Shown one piece after another: positions 12,310 through 27,012 of a stretch of 64,000 nt of DNA. The notes under the pieces are model-generated. The model did no database searches, was not told the DNA's origin, and worked only from the letters and a program-made list of their open reading frames with translations. A program made the position numbers and the translations under genes. The stretch covers positions 868,001 through 932,000 of the forward strand of contig CP145421.1 in assembly GCA_036867785.1 (NCBI GenBank). The letters are read 5' to 3'. Position 1 is the stretch's first letter. Each line of letters starts with the position of its first letter. The DNA is from Plasmodiophora brassicae (taxonomy: Eukaryota).

Positions 12310-13833
12310 ATGTCGGGTATCTTCAAGGACGTCACGATGGCGTTCTGGAGTTTGCTCACCTTCACGGCGTTGTCGATCGCGTCCCATGCCTTCCCGTCGC
12401 AATCCAATGACCGCGCGAAGGTGGCCGAATCGTTGTGCGCCCAGCTAAAGGATGCGGAAGCGGTCCTGGCTGCCCGGGAAGCCGTCCTGGAAACCGCACA
12501 AGCCCAACTGGAAAATGCGACCAACACGTCCACCGCGGCCGTGAACGACGTTGCCAAATCCGAATTCACGTTCAATGCAGTGGCCAACGCCATTGCCGAG
12601 ACCGTTACCAATCGCAAGGGCGTCGTAGGCCGGATACGGGCCCTGGCAGATCAGATCCAAGACTTGGAGACACTCGTCGACCAAGCCACCCGTAAGAAGG
12701 ATGCGGCGGTTGCGGCACAGCAGAGGCACCTGCAAGAGTTGAATCAGGCGCTCGCCGACGAGTACAAGACGAGGGTGCGCGATGCCGAGAACGCCATCAG
12801 AGCCGTGCTCGACCGAGATACGCGGAAAGAAGTCGGGGTTAGCGCCGATGCGGTCATCGCGTGCCGGACCCCCGAGGCGATCGAGGCTTTGCTGGACGAG
12901 AAGGACAAGGGCTACTTTGGATTTGGGTTCCCGTTGCCAAATAGGCGCGATGCTCGGATGCTTGCCGAGCTTGTTGCCAGCATGGCCCCTCCCGACGACA
13001 TTGGCGAGCAGCATGCACACATTCCTGATAGCATTACAGAAGCTATCGACGTTGCGCGCGCCGAGCTCGGCGAGGTCGAGGGCCAGCTAACAGCGGCAAA
13101 GAATGACGTCGAGAAACAGAACAGGAATCTGGCCGAAGCGGAGGACGCGCTGGAGCTGTTGCAATCGGCGCAACAATGGGCGTTCAAGGAACTGAATATG
13201 GCCAGAGACAAAGACGCCAAGGCACGCGTCGCGTTCGAAAACGCCGACCTGGCTGTTTCTGTCGCACGCGATGCTGTTGAACGTGCCCGGGTCACTGTTG
13301 ACGACACCAAGAAACGCCACGATGCCGCCGTTGAGCAATTCGAAGCGTACCAGAGCACCTGGTCGTCCAAGAATCGCGGGGCCCTGACGGCAACCAGCAC
13401 GCTTGGGGCTCTGGCAGTACTGTCGTTAAGCAAGACATTAGCCGCATCGAGCCTGGCGTCCAGTGTACTCTTCGCGGAGCGGCAGCCGGTGGTCCCCAAG
13501 ACACAGACGACATTGGCGAAGCAGCTGACCGTGGCGACGGCCAGTATCGTCGGGACGGCCGCCGCTGGATCGATGCTCTACGATATGGTAACGGGCAGGA
13601 GCGGCATGAGGAACGCGTTAGAGAAGACGGCAACGCGTGCGACAGGGCTGTTGGGATTCGGTACGCGGACCTCATCGCCAGCCCCGAAGCCGCCCAAAGT
13701 GACGACACGAAACATGGCCGTCATCTGGTCATTGATTGGCGGCGGTGCCGCGCTCGTTTTCGCCGCTGGTGCCGTATCTTTCATCGTCTTCCGCAGGCGC
13801 CAGATGACACTCCTGACCCAGTTCTACGCCTGA
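12310..13833 (+). CDS. Secreted/surface coiled-coil protein with C-terminal TM anchor
   Basis: Intronless ORF. Signal peptide MAFWSLLTFTALSIASHA (alternative ATG 12337), long Ala/Glu-rich heptads, two Gly/Ala-rich helices, TM VIWSLIGGGAALVFAAGAVSFIVF followed by RRR. Confidence 0.75.
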   Translation: MSGIFKDVTMAFWSLLTFTALSIASHAFPSQSNDRAKVAESLCAQLKDAEAVLAAREAVLETAQAQLENATNTSTAAVNDVAKSEFTFNAVANAIAETVTNRKGVVGRIRALADQIQDLETLVDQATRKKDAAVAAQQRHLQELNQALADEYKTRVRDAENAIRAVLDRDTRKEVGVSADAVIACRTPEAIEALLDEKDKGYFGFGFPLPNRRDARMLAELVASMAPPDDIGEQHAHIPDSITEAIDVARAELGEVEGQLTAAKNDVEKQNRNLAEAEDALELLQSAQQWAFKELNMARDKDAKARVAFENADLAVSVARDAVERARVTVDDTKKRHDAAVEQFEAYQSTWSSKNRGALTATSTLGALAVLSLSKTLAASSLASSVLFAERQPVVPKTQTTLAKQLTVATASIVGTAAAGSMLYDMVTGRSGMRNALEKTATRATGLLGFGTRTSSPAPKPPKVTTRNMAVIWSLIGGGAALVFAAGAVSFIVFRRRQMTLLTQFYA

Positions 13834-14305
13834 ACCTGTAACCTTCGCATCGGTCATCTGTATACATGCATCGATCGGTACCAACTTGAACTATGCGTCA
13901 TTGGCACAGCAATTCATTGGCACTGAGGCAGTGTAATATCGAAAGAAGGCACTGATCACAAGGCGTCACATTGTCAAACGACAGTTGCCTTGCCTGCGTG
14001 AACAGCGCGAAACCCAAATACACTAAACGACAGTTGCCGATTGGGTGATCGTACACGCGGAACACGCGCTTGGTGGCACTAGAAAGTCTGCCGGTGACGT
14101 GATCTCTAGGGCGAAATAACCGCACCGATGGGCGGCTGCACCTGGATAGGTGTCCGAAAGGACGACAGAGGTGGCCACATGCGCGAACGTCGGAGGCTAC
14201 TGCGAACTGCAACGCAGCCCTGACACTATGTAGGCGCAGTTTTCTGCGGGTCGCTCTCTACGTGGCTTCCGGAGTGTTCCGGAGTCCGCCAGGAGGGCAG
14301 GCGGA

Positions 14306-15757
14306 ATGACGAGCCGTCCGCCGCGATCCGTTCCCTGGGCGGATTACCAGGAATGGCGTCGAGTCTATGCCAACGCGTTCTCATCTGATGTGTCAGATCG
14401 TATGGATGCAGTTGCTCAGGTTTAGCTCAGTTACGTTGGGTGTCGTTCCTCGTCTAACCCGTCCAGTAGATTGCCGTGTGGCGGAGCAGAGGACACCTTC
14501 CGATCGCAGCGGATGTGACGGGCGTTCTTCTTGAGCTCGATGACGCGTGCCGTACTGGTAGCATGTCGCCTTTGGCGCTGCGTTTCGCGATCTCCATGGC
14601 TGCTGTCCGGTTGGTGAATGGGCTGACGGATCGCGAGCAGACATCCTTGTTTGCAAAGCCTGTCCGAGACGTTGCAGCTGCTCTCGGCATACCGATCTCT
14701 TTCGTCGAAGTTCGCCATCTTGCGACGCATAACGAACTGCCTTCGCTTTTTCTGGCGCTTCAGGTTAAGGATCAAGCTTTGGACTTCTTACGCTCCACGT
14801 ACTGGCAGGTATGCGTCACAACGTTCTGATACGTTGTAATTTGTGCTGAGGTGCCGACAGGTGGAGGAGGAGCACCAACAGGCGCTTTGGAGTCGATCAC
14901 AGCGTGCACTTAGCGACTTCGCCGCTGCCGCGCGGCTCGGTTCCCGAGCGGACACCGCCCGGGCCGGTCTGCATGAAGTCGTTCGTCTCGTTGCTGAGCA
15001 GTGTACGTCTCAACATATTTCCGCAATGCTTCCTGAGTATCTATCAGCTCCGCCACAAAGATGCACCGAGCTGTCAGATTCGGCAGTGAATGCACTGTGG
15101 AGCGAACGGGTTGCGACATGGGCTCCGATCCTGGACCTGCTTTCGAAACGGTCGTTATGCGTGTTTGACGACCTCTCTGGTCGATTGCTTGACCTTATCG
15201 GCGACACGGAATGTGACCAATGGCGCCGGGCGCTGTACACGCGTTGGGCCGTCCACTGCTTGGCCCGGTCCAGGATCCCGATCGATATTGTGGCACTGCG
15301 TTGCCTGGCGAATCCTTTGACCACGTATCTGCAGGTCCTGGACAAGTTGTCGCACGAGGCTCCCAGCCATCGCCGTCCACTTGTCTCTGCACCGACTGTC
15401 TTCGGTTCCGTATCGCGAAGATCGTTCATGTTGCTGGAGGCATTCTGCGGCCAAGGCAATCGGACGCCCGCGTTCAGCGATACGTTGACGGAGATTGAGG
15501 CGTTTATGGCAAACCAGAAAGAGGCTGACGCGAAACCGCGGTGGACGAAAGCGTACTGCAGTGGGGCACCCATTCCAATTGGTTTGCTGCCAGATGGAAC
15601 CCGACCGTCTCTCGACCTGCCTCCGGGCACACGCTTAACGTTCGGCTCGAATCTGTTCAAGCAGGCGCCATCGTCAGAATACGTGTGTCTGTCGGCGGGA
15701 TCTAGAAAGCGTCATCGGCCACTTGTAAACTCTGACAATATAGCTATGCTTCTGTAA
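14306..15757 (+). CDS. LAS1: Las1 pre-rRNA ITS2 endoribonuclease; 2 introns
   Basis: VPWADYQEWRRV, WRSRGHLP, AAVRLVNGLTDREQ, and the HEPN motif in VEVRHLATHNELPSL. Confidence 0.9.
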
Positions 15758-16166
15758 TAATACAGGAAACATTAGCTGATCGAGTAAGGGGTCTGAAGCC
15801 CCCTACCAGTCACCGTTATAAAGAACGCGTTGGGAACATCTGTATTTGTTTCGTGAGCGCGCACATGGGCTGCCACCCAGAATCGAGTGCTTGCCACCCG
15901 TTCACAGCTAGGATTTGTATGGGCGGACGCTTTACTCTTTTAGAGACGATGGCATTCTCAGCCAAGGGCAAATCATTGCTCTGTTGTTTTGTTCAGCGCA
16001 AATCACAACGGAGCAACGCGAGCCTACCGTCCGTTGTTCTCCCGCAGCAGCCCACGTACATTGCCCACAGTTGCGCTCCTGTGTTTATGTTTGGGCGACG
16101 AGCCACGACGCCGGTACGAGAGTGCGTACTGCAGTTGCGAACACGTCGGCGGCAACTGCGCATTTG

Positions 16167-16737
16167 ATGGCCGTCGAGTACCGTTTCTTCTCGGCTCGAG
16201 AGAGCGCGTCCCGGGACCTGTACGACAAGGTTAGCTGTGTCATATTACGACGTTGTTCAATGGGTGAACATCCGCGGCTCGTAGGAGAGAGCGCTGCGAT
16301 TTGAGTGGCTGCGGAAACCACTGGGTGGCGAGCATGCGGCTAAAGGCGAGGCCGAGGAGTTTCCGTTCGAAAAGGACTCGGTCCATCTTGTTGCCACTAT
16401 GGACGGCAATGTGATTGGATGCGTCCTGTTCCATCCCGACGGGCGTGGGTCCGGTCGCCTGTTTCAAATGGTGCCCGCCTAGGCGTCGTAGATCTCGTAC
16501 GAGCGATTTAATCTGTCTCGGCAGGCTGTTGACGAGCGGTACCGTGGGCGCGGTATCGGTGCCCAGCTCGTCAGGCGGCTGGAGCAGCACCTGAGGGACA
16601 TTGGTCTGACTGAAGTCACCCTCCACGCTCGAGAGTACGCTGCCGGGTTCTACAGGACGCTGGGATACGAACAATACGGCGACCCGTTCGAGGAAGTTGG
16701 CATCCCTCATTGCCATATGCGACGTACGCTCCTCTAG
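16167..16737 (+). CDS. GNAT N-acetyltransferase (ElaA/YjcF-like); introns 16230-16284 and 16471-16524; missed by ORF track
   Basis: Spliced product: ...ERALRFEWLRKPLG...GRLFQMAVDERYRGRGIGAQLV...VTLHAREYAAGFYRTLGYEQYGDPFEEVGIPHCHM. The acetyl-CoA motif RGRGIG is intact. Confidence 0.85.
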
Positions 16738-17018
16738 CCCTCGTCGCAAGACGCGCCCTGATACAACGGATTCCCACTCATTCGCCCCATTGCATTTCGC
16801 TCTGCCTCGGCACAAGCATATTCTATTCGAAACATAATAGTACAATGCGTTTCGTATCGCGAATGAACGTCAGGAGGTTAAAGGCGGAAGATAGTGCCCT
16901 CCCTTTTGGCAAACGCTGTCAGCTGCAGGCAGAAGGTACCCATTGGCCTCACGTCCAAAACCCGGCGTCAAAAAAGCCTGGGGTTGGCGCCATTTCGGAT
17001 TCGCCGGTGGTGAGGGTC

Positions 17019-20487
<3,469 letters not shown>

Positions 20488-20598
20488 CGATGTCAACTGG
20501 CGACATCATCACTTATAACGCGTGCCTATATGATTGCAATAAACGCATGCGAAAGACCGTTGCACCTCACGGGCCCGACGCCCTCCTCGGAACAACCA

Positions 20599-21926
20599 TT
20601 AGTTTACCAGTTGACAGCGACAAGCGCACCCAGCGGTAGGGCACCTCGACTGTGTTCGGAACCACTGCTGCAAATGGGACCGGTGGCCCCCATGCAGGCA
20701 CGTACTGCAGAATTGAATAGCCCCTTTCAGAATTGTGCTGCACAGCGCACAGCGCACGCTCTGGAGCGCGAAGCGCACTGCCGACCGGGACGCCAGCTCT
20801 TCGTTGCCCTTCGTGAACGAGAGCAGCTCAGCAGACTGGGACAGCTGGCCGTATCGGTACAGACAGTTGGCATACACAAAGCGAACGCCATCGTACGACT
20901 CACCAAGTCCCAGCACAGAAGAAAGCAGTGCGGCCATCTGAACATCGTTCACGGCCCAGCACGAATCGACAAGCCGGCGAGCGAGGCGCCCACCGAACGG
21001 GTGCCGGGACCAGTCGTCGGCGTTCGACGACGACCTGTCGCAGATCAAGGCCGCCACTCCCCAGGCCCAGACGTGGACACCGTTGCCCGCCGCACGTGCT
21101 AGGTCCTGTGGTTCGATCAGTACCCAGTGGGACGCAGCATACTCGACACGATTGACGTCAACCTGGTTCGTCCGACAGATACTCGACGGGCTCTTGCCAA
21201 CGAGGGTATACTTGGAGGCAAGCCCCTGATCCATAGGGAACAGTGTTCCCAGACGAAACACGGCGACGTTGGTCAGCGGTCTGTCCACAGAACAGGACGA
21301 GATGACATCGTCGGCGTCGCTGCCGTCATCCGCACCCGTTTCGGCAGGGTAGTCATCGCCCTTCAACGGGACATGCCCGAAATCTGCCCGACGATGCACG
21401 ACGTCTTCGTTCTGGTAGAACGCGGAAAAGTACTCGTCACCGGGCATGTCGTCCATGGCGAAATTCGCCGAATGGGACAGCAGGTCGTCTGTACCTCGCG
21501 TCGACATTTCCGTGCTGTACGACAGCGCCAAGTTGGCGGTGTCGCCCCCGACCATGCACAGCGATGCTCGCAGATCCAAGTACGACCTGGGCGCCGCTCA
21601 GCGAATGAAGACGTCGGAAACCAACGTCGTCGTCCCCATACGACGATCCCTTACCTGGGCAGTGCATTGAAGTCGTCCGCGTCCACGTCCTGGATCTTGA
21701 TGAAGTTGTTGAAGACGGCGAGGCGGCCGTGCGCGCCGAACGCCGCGGCGAACAGCCTCGGGCACGGCACGTTCGCATCGGTCGGCCCGTTCGTCTTCCT
21801 CTCGAACATGTCGTCCATGACGAAGAGCGGCTGCGGCGACGACCCGGACAGCGTCAGCGCCGGCAACAGATCCATCGACCCTTGGCGGCGCTCCGGCATG
21901 CGGCCCGCACCGGCGCTCATCTCCAT
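20599..21926 (-). CDS. GATOR2/SEA complex WDR59 (Sea3)-like C-terminal half (alpha-solenoid + RING-like zinc ribbon)
   Basis: DANVPCPRLFAAAFGAHGRLAVF, HPFGGRLARRLV...DVQMAALLSSVL, YANCLYRYG, CSTCLHGGHRSHLQQWFRTQSRCPTAGCACRC. Confidence 0.75.
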
Positions 21927-21980
21927 CGACCACAGCCACGCATTTAACTGCAGACTGAAGTGCAGTGCGCGACTGGGGGG

Positions 21981-22064
21981 CTGCAGGGCCCACCGCGCTG
22001 CGCCGTACTATTCTGGGGGCTGCAACTGCAGCCTGCAGGGCCCACCATGCTGCGCCGTACTATT
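21981..22064. repeat. Two 32-bp direct repeats in the intergenic region
   Basis: ctgcagggcccacc(gc/at)gctgcgccgtactatt at 21981-22012 and 22033-22064 (30/32 identical). Confidence 0.85.
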
Positions 22065-22213
22065 TACGTGCGGGGCGGGCGCAGCCCCCACCCCTGGACT
22101 CAGACCGGTGACCGTTCCAGCGGATGTCGGCAGCGGTGGAGTCCCGGCCGGGGCAGGCCCCGGTGGCCAAAGAGAAACGCGTGCCGAAGCTGGACCGCAG
22201 TAAGGACAAGAGC

Positions 22214-22586
22214 ATGTCAGGTGGCGGTCTGGCGTGCGACCTCGCCCTGCCGCTGACATGTGTGTGTGCGTCGGCGCAGTACTGATGACGTCGAGGATAT
22301 CGCCCCACCCGGCATTGTCAAGTCGAGCACGATGTCGCAGGCCAAGTTGCAGGAGGCGGTCGACGTCGTGCGCGCCGCGTACCTGTCCTTCACGAAGGGC
22401 GAGGGCGTGCTCTGGAAGGACGTCGCCAGGCAGATCAAGGTGGCGCTAGACGCCCAGGAGAAGTCGGGCGCAGCATGGCACGTTGTCTGCGGATCCAGCT
22501 TTGGCGCCTTCGTCAGCTATGAAGCGGACCAGATGGCGTACATCACCGTTGGCGTCATGGATGCGCTCGTCTTTAAACACGCTTGA
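22214..22586 (+). CDS. Dynein light chain type 1 (LC8-like)
   Basis: IVKSSTMS...KDVARQIKVALD...WHVVCGSSFGAFVSYE...LVFK. The start at 22214 assumes one 46-nt intron; the alternative ATG is 22332. Confidence 0.85.
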
Positions 22587-22597
22587 CAGCGAATGCA

Positions 22598-24041
22598 CTA
22601 TATTACAGGTTGCACGTCCACGCCCGTCTTCTTGATGGAACGCTGGGTTCGACTGTCAAACACCGACTGGGCGTGGTCGACGAACGTCTGATAGCGCGCG
22701 GCGGCGTCAGGCGGGACGCCTTCGCCGTCCAGCACGGGCAGGACGCGCTGGAACCCGCCATCTGCACTGCGCTCCAGTTCAAGCATGGCCAGGTCGGCGC
22801 ATCGGTTCGGGTACAGCGCCTTGCGCTGGTTGCGATCCAGCCTGGGTTTGTCGGACGAGACAGCACTGCTTGCGCTGACGATGTAGAGCAGGTCGGCCAG
22901 CATGGCGCTCTTGACCTTCTCATCCACAGGGGTGTCACAGCGTAGGCTCGGGTTGCGGTTGATCTCCACCAGCCAGGGACGAAGGTCCTTGTCAAGAACG
23001 ATGTCAAAGCCGAGCAGCTGGAACGTACTGCCCCCGTTGTGATCAACCGGAAACCGCAGACGGTACTCGTGACGCAGGACGGCGCCGCCCGCGATGCACG
23101 CTTTGGCGACAATGTCTTGGAGGCCATCCCACAGCGCATTCGTGTCTGTGGAAGGATCCTCGTGGCGAATCCGGTCGATGAACGCAGCGTACGACCACTT
23201 GCTGCCTTCCGCGTAGTTCCCGCTCGTCTTGTTCAACGCATAGTTCGTCAGGTGGGAGAACGTGTGCGATAGGTTGTCGCCAACCGGCGCGACGTACGGT
23301 TCCGTGCAGAACCGCACGAGCCCATCGCGATACAGGTAGACGCGTAGGGGATCGACCGACGTCAGCAACGCGTACATGCGCAGGTCGAACTTCAGGCCAT
23401 CGAGCAAGTACGGCGGGTCGACATACAGCTGGCAGACCTGCGCGTTCGTCAGCGTTGGCCAGCGCGCGCCTACGACAAGGGATCTTCGTGCGTACCTGGT
23501 TCTCTGCAGCGTCGATCCGATCGAGCGAATCAGCCAGGAAGATGCCGCGGCCAGCGCATCGCCCGTCGGGCTTGACGATGAACGTTGGCGGTGCGCCCTC
23601 GTGATGTTCGGCATAGCCTCGAAGCGCCCGGTAGTCCTCGGGCAGGCACCATGTCACCGGGAACATGTTGTACTCCTCCGGGAACGCCTCGCGCATGGCG
23701 TTCAAGTTCCGCCCGAGGTTCTTCTTCCTGGACAGCTGCTCCATACCAGGCATCTGGGACACGCGCTGCCCAGCGCGCATGGCCCGGTAGAACGCGCTGT
23801 CTGCGGTGTCAACCCAGGCCAGCGACCAGGATCGGGAATCGCGAACCCGTTCCCATCCTAGGCGCCCAACAGCGGCATGCACAAGCTGCTGCCGCGCCTT
23901 TAGAAACACGCGCGTCGTCGTCGTCGATCGAGGGCGACGCTGCTCGACCGGCGCCCCGGTCTTCTCCTCATCACCATCGGCGACAACGTCGAACGCGACG
24001 CCGCCGGCACGGACGACACCGTACAGATCGTCGCCGTCCAT
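22598..24041 (-). CDS. Tubulin-tyrosine ligase-like polyglutamylase (TTLL6/13-like); 1 intron
   Basis: QMPGMEQLSRKKNLGRNL, FPVTWCLP, FIVKPDGRCAGRGIFL, LDGLKFDLRMY, GLVRFCTE, SHLTNYALNK, LLGFDIVLD...PWLVEINRNPS. Confidence 0.9.
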
Positions 24042-24358
24042 TGCTGTATACGCGGCCTCGAGCGGCACCCAGTCAGCCACGTCTGGAAGCCACGGCGTCC
24101 CCGCCGTCACGAGCAACGACTCGGCAGCCCCCCACCGCGATGGAAACGACGGGAGCGACTACCTACTGTAGGTATACGGGACCGCCCCTGGAACGACGTC
24201 ACCGATCGCAGTCTGTAGCTACGGTTCGTGCCTTGGCACTGGCAGTGGGCAGCGTGTTGTCAGGCCGACGTCTGGCGGCCGGGTGTTACTGACAGCGTTG
24301 CCCGAGACGGTCTCTCTCTCTCTCCCGCAGTTCCGCGCCAACGGCATGCCGCACGCGG

Positions 24359-24514
24359 GCCTCTTCCCTCCCGTTCCAATCCCGGCGCTGTCGATTACGA
24401 TATCGGGCTGCCCAGCAAGTAGCGTACTGATAATTCGTTCGGGTTGCGTTCCGATCCGTCGGGCAGCCCGATGTCGTATCGACAGCGCCGGGTTTGGAAC
24501 GGGAGGGAAGAGGC
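24359..24514. repeat. Long near-perfect inverted repeat (55/54-nt arms, 47-nt loop)
   Basis: 24359-24413 is the reverse complement of 24461-24514 apart from one mismatch, one bulged T and one G-T pair. Confidence 0.92.
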
Positions 24515-25622
24515 AACCAAGCGGTAGGACGCTGCTCGACGCCCGTGCTTGCATGAGAGAACGTAGGGATGCACTCCTCCAAGTACGACTTTGCTCGGCT
24601 CGAGCTGGCGGAAACCATCACACAGTCGAGAAACCAAAGTCGCTGCATCGCTGGACAACAAGCCACAGGAGGGATGGCTCTAGTCGTGGTTTTAGCGGGG
24701 TGCAAGCCTCGCAGCACCTTGAGCAAGCCGCTCGCTTCGAGTTCCTCATCAGTCAGCATGTTGACACTGCGCCGGAAAAGGTGGTTCAGGGCTATCGACG
24801 TCGGCTGTAGCGTTGTGAAACCGGATCGCTTGAGGCTTGATCCTCGCTGCCTCATGAGGTCGGTGTCCGTCTCGGTTATTCAAGGCAGCACAGTAACGAT
24901 CATGCTGCTCCTTCAACTTGGGTACATCGACGTCGAATCCAACTTCGCGAACGGCCCATAACAAAAGGCATGTCAGGATGTGAAATCCCGGCATAGACGG
25001 TATGGCAAAGTGGATCGACCAAGTGGCATTGAGAACTCGATATCGAATATTAGCAGACCGGGCTCGAATAACAATCGCGATGACCAGCTGCAGTGACGCT
25101 TGTAACCCGTGCTGGTACGAGCTGTCGCTTTCGTCTGCCGGAGCAGACGACCGGTGCCGCTCGCCGAACCGGGATTGCATGCGTTCCGTATCGCGTCTCG
25201 GCAGACGTTCGTTCACGTCATATCGAATGCGCGTCGCGGCGTGCCAGACAACGTCGTGACGTTTCCTGCATCAGTCATCCACAAGAATGCGAATGGGAAT
25301 TGCGGCAATGGTCTGCATCGAATCGCGAGGTATAGCATATCGCTCGAGATACCGACGCGACGGTTGCGAACTACGTTTACTGTTGGTACGCGGTACTGAA
25401 GCGTCATCAACCGCAAACTGCAGCTGCAGTGCGCCGTGGCAGTGGACTGTTTGTCGGGTCAACTGGCGCCCCTGTTACCGACGGCGTGGGCCGAAGCCAC
25501 TGACAGCGGGGGGAAGGGGGAGGCGTCGCAAAATTGCGTCCAGCTGGGTTGAAAGCGAACGCCCAAACCGGCAGGGTCCCAGGCGCAGCAGCGCGAAGTC
25601 GTCGTCGGCCGCCCGCCGCTGG

Positions 25623-26851
25623 ATGGGATTCGACATTTGCCGCCAGTCGTGGCTGGCGCCATGGATATCGCAGTTCTCGTGGCTGTTCCAGGAGACGCTC
25701 CACGCGGCAGCGATGACGCCCGGCGATGTTGAGGTAAACGGTGGCGGTGCCAGACATTGGCCGCGTCGGTCTCAATGCCTGCCTGTGTTAGGATGGAGTA
25801 CGGCACCCTCACGAGTCGCCGAAATTTCAAGGTATGCGGGGACGGGCCTCTCGTACCTGACATTTCTCAGTCAAGTCCCGGCAGCGTTCCTGAGTCACCT
25901 CGTTCTGGGTTCCCGAGAGGAACGCCGTTTGCTGAAGACGAACGAGTCGTTCCCGCTGCGGGACATGTTCCATCTCGTCGATCTACGTTACGCTGACATC
26001 TCCCCGGGCGATTCGTCGACGACGCCTTTCGCCGAATCCGATATCAAGCGTCGGGCTCACATTGTGTATGCTGTCTGCCACCATGCAGAGCAGACGGACG
26101 AGTTTATGTATGTAGGTGGAACGCACTGTGTGCCATGTGTCGGCCTGACACGGACGTGTCGCAGAGAGGCGCTCAGGTCCATTGAACCTAGTGATGCGCG
26201 TGTTGAGCCGTTTGCTTTCGACCGGCACCGCAACCAGTACTATCACTTCGGTGCGACCGTTGCTGCGACGGTAACAACCATGCTGACCTGCACGGTAGGC
26301 AACGATGACGGCCGGGTGTACCGACAAGCTGCCCCGACTAAGAACGAGCCAGATGGGAGGTTCGAACTTGTGTGCGATGGGTACGATTCGTGTCGCGGTC
26401 GGTGTTGATGTGCTCAGGTTTGGTGTGCACCGCAGTGTCCAGTCGACCTTGTCGTTTATCAAGACCCTTGATCGGACCAATCCTGCTGAACGCGAACTTC
26501 GTGAACAATTGCAGATACTGCTTCCCGACTTGATCGCCGTGGAGGAGCGCGAAGTGAGGCGGAGCCAGAAGAAGGCGACCATGTCAAGCGTGTCGCAACC
26601 CGCGGCAGCCAGACCTCATAGCATTCGACAATCTCGTGTTGAGAGAGAACTGGCACGCCAGGAGGTCGCCTTCCCGAACTTCACTTTGACCTGTCGTACT
26701 GACCGATGTGTTGGGTTTCCAGGAGGAAAGGCTAGAGCAGGAAGAATTAGCACGGAAGCGAGCCGAACGAGCGAACGAGCTATCCGAGATGAGCTCTGCG
26801 CTCATTCGGGAGCTGTCGAGGCGAACGGCAGCGAGGTCCGGCCGTGTGTAA
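25623..26851 (+). CDS. DDT/WHIM-domain chromatin remodelling factor (RSF1/CECR2-like); multi-exon
   Basis: RQSWLAPWISQFSWLFQETL (DDT-like), RVEPFAFDRHRNQYYHF-GNDDGRVYRQ (WHIM2/WSD-like), charged C-terminal helix. Confidence 0.55.
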
Positions 26852-27012
26852 AGTGGAAACTGTGACGTAAACCCTGTAGCATTATCTGGAACACCATTAC
26901 CGGTAGATATTCCACCCCGTACGTGCACGAGGGTTTCAAAATATCGGGCGATCGTTGGCGTATCTCTCGAGAGCTGTTATCGCCGCCAGGTGGCTCCTCG
27001 GCTCTGCTGACG

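Noticed and set aside
24286-25416. Possible spliced minus-strand gene
   Set aside because: Fragments look partly coding but no consistent model or homology was found, and the ORF runs through the hairpin.
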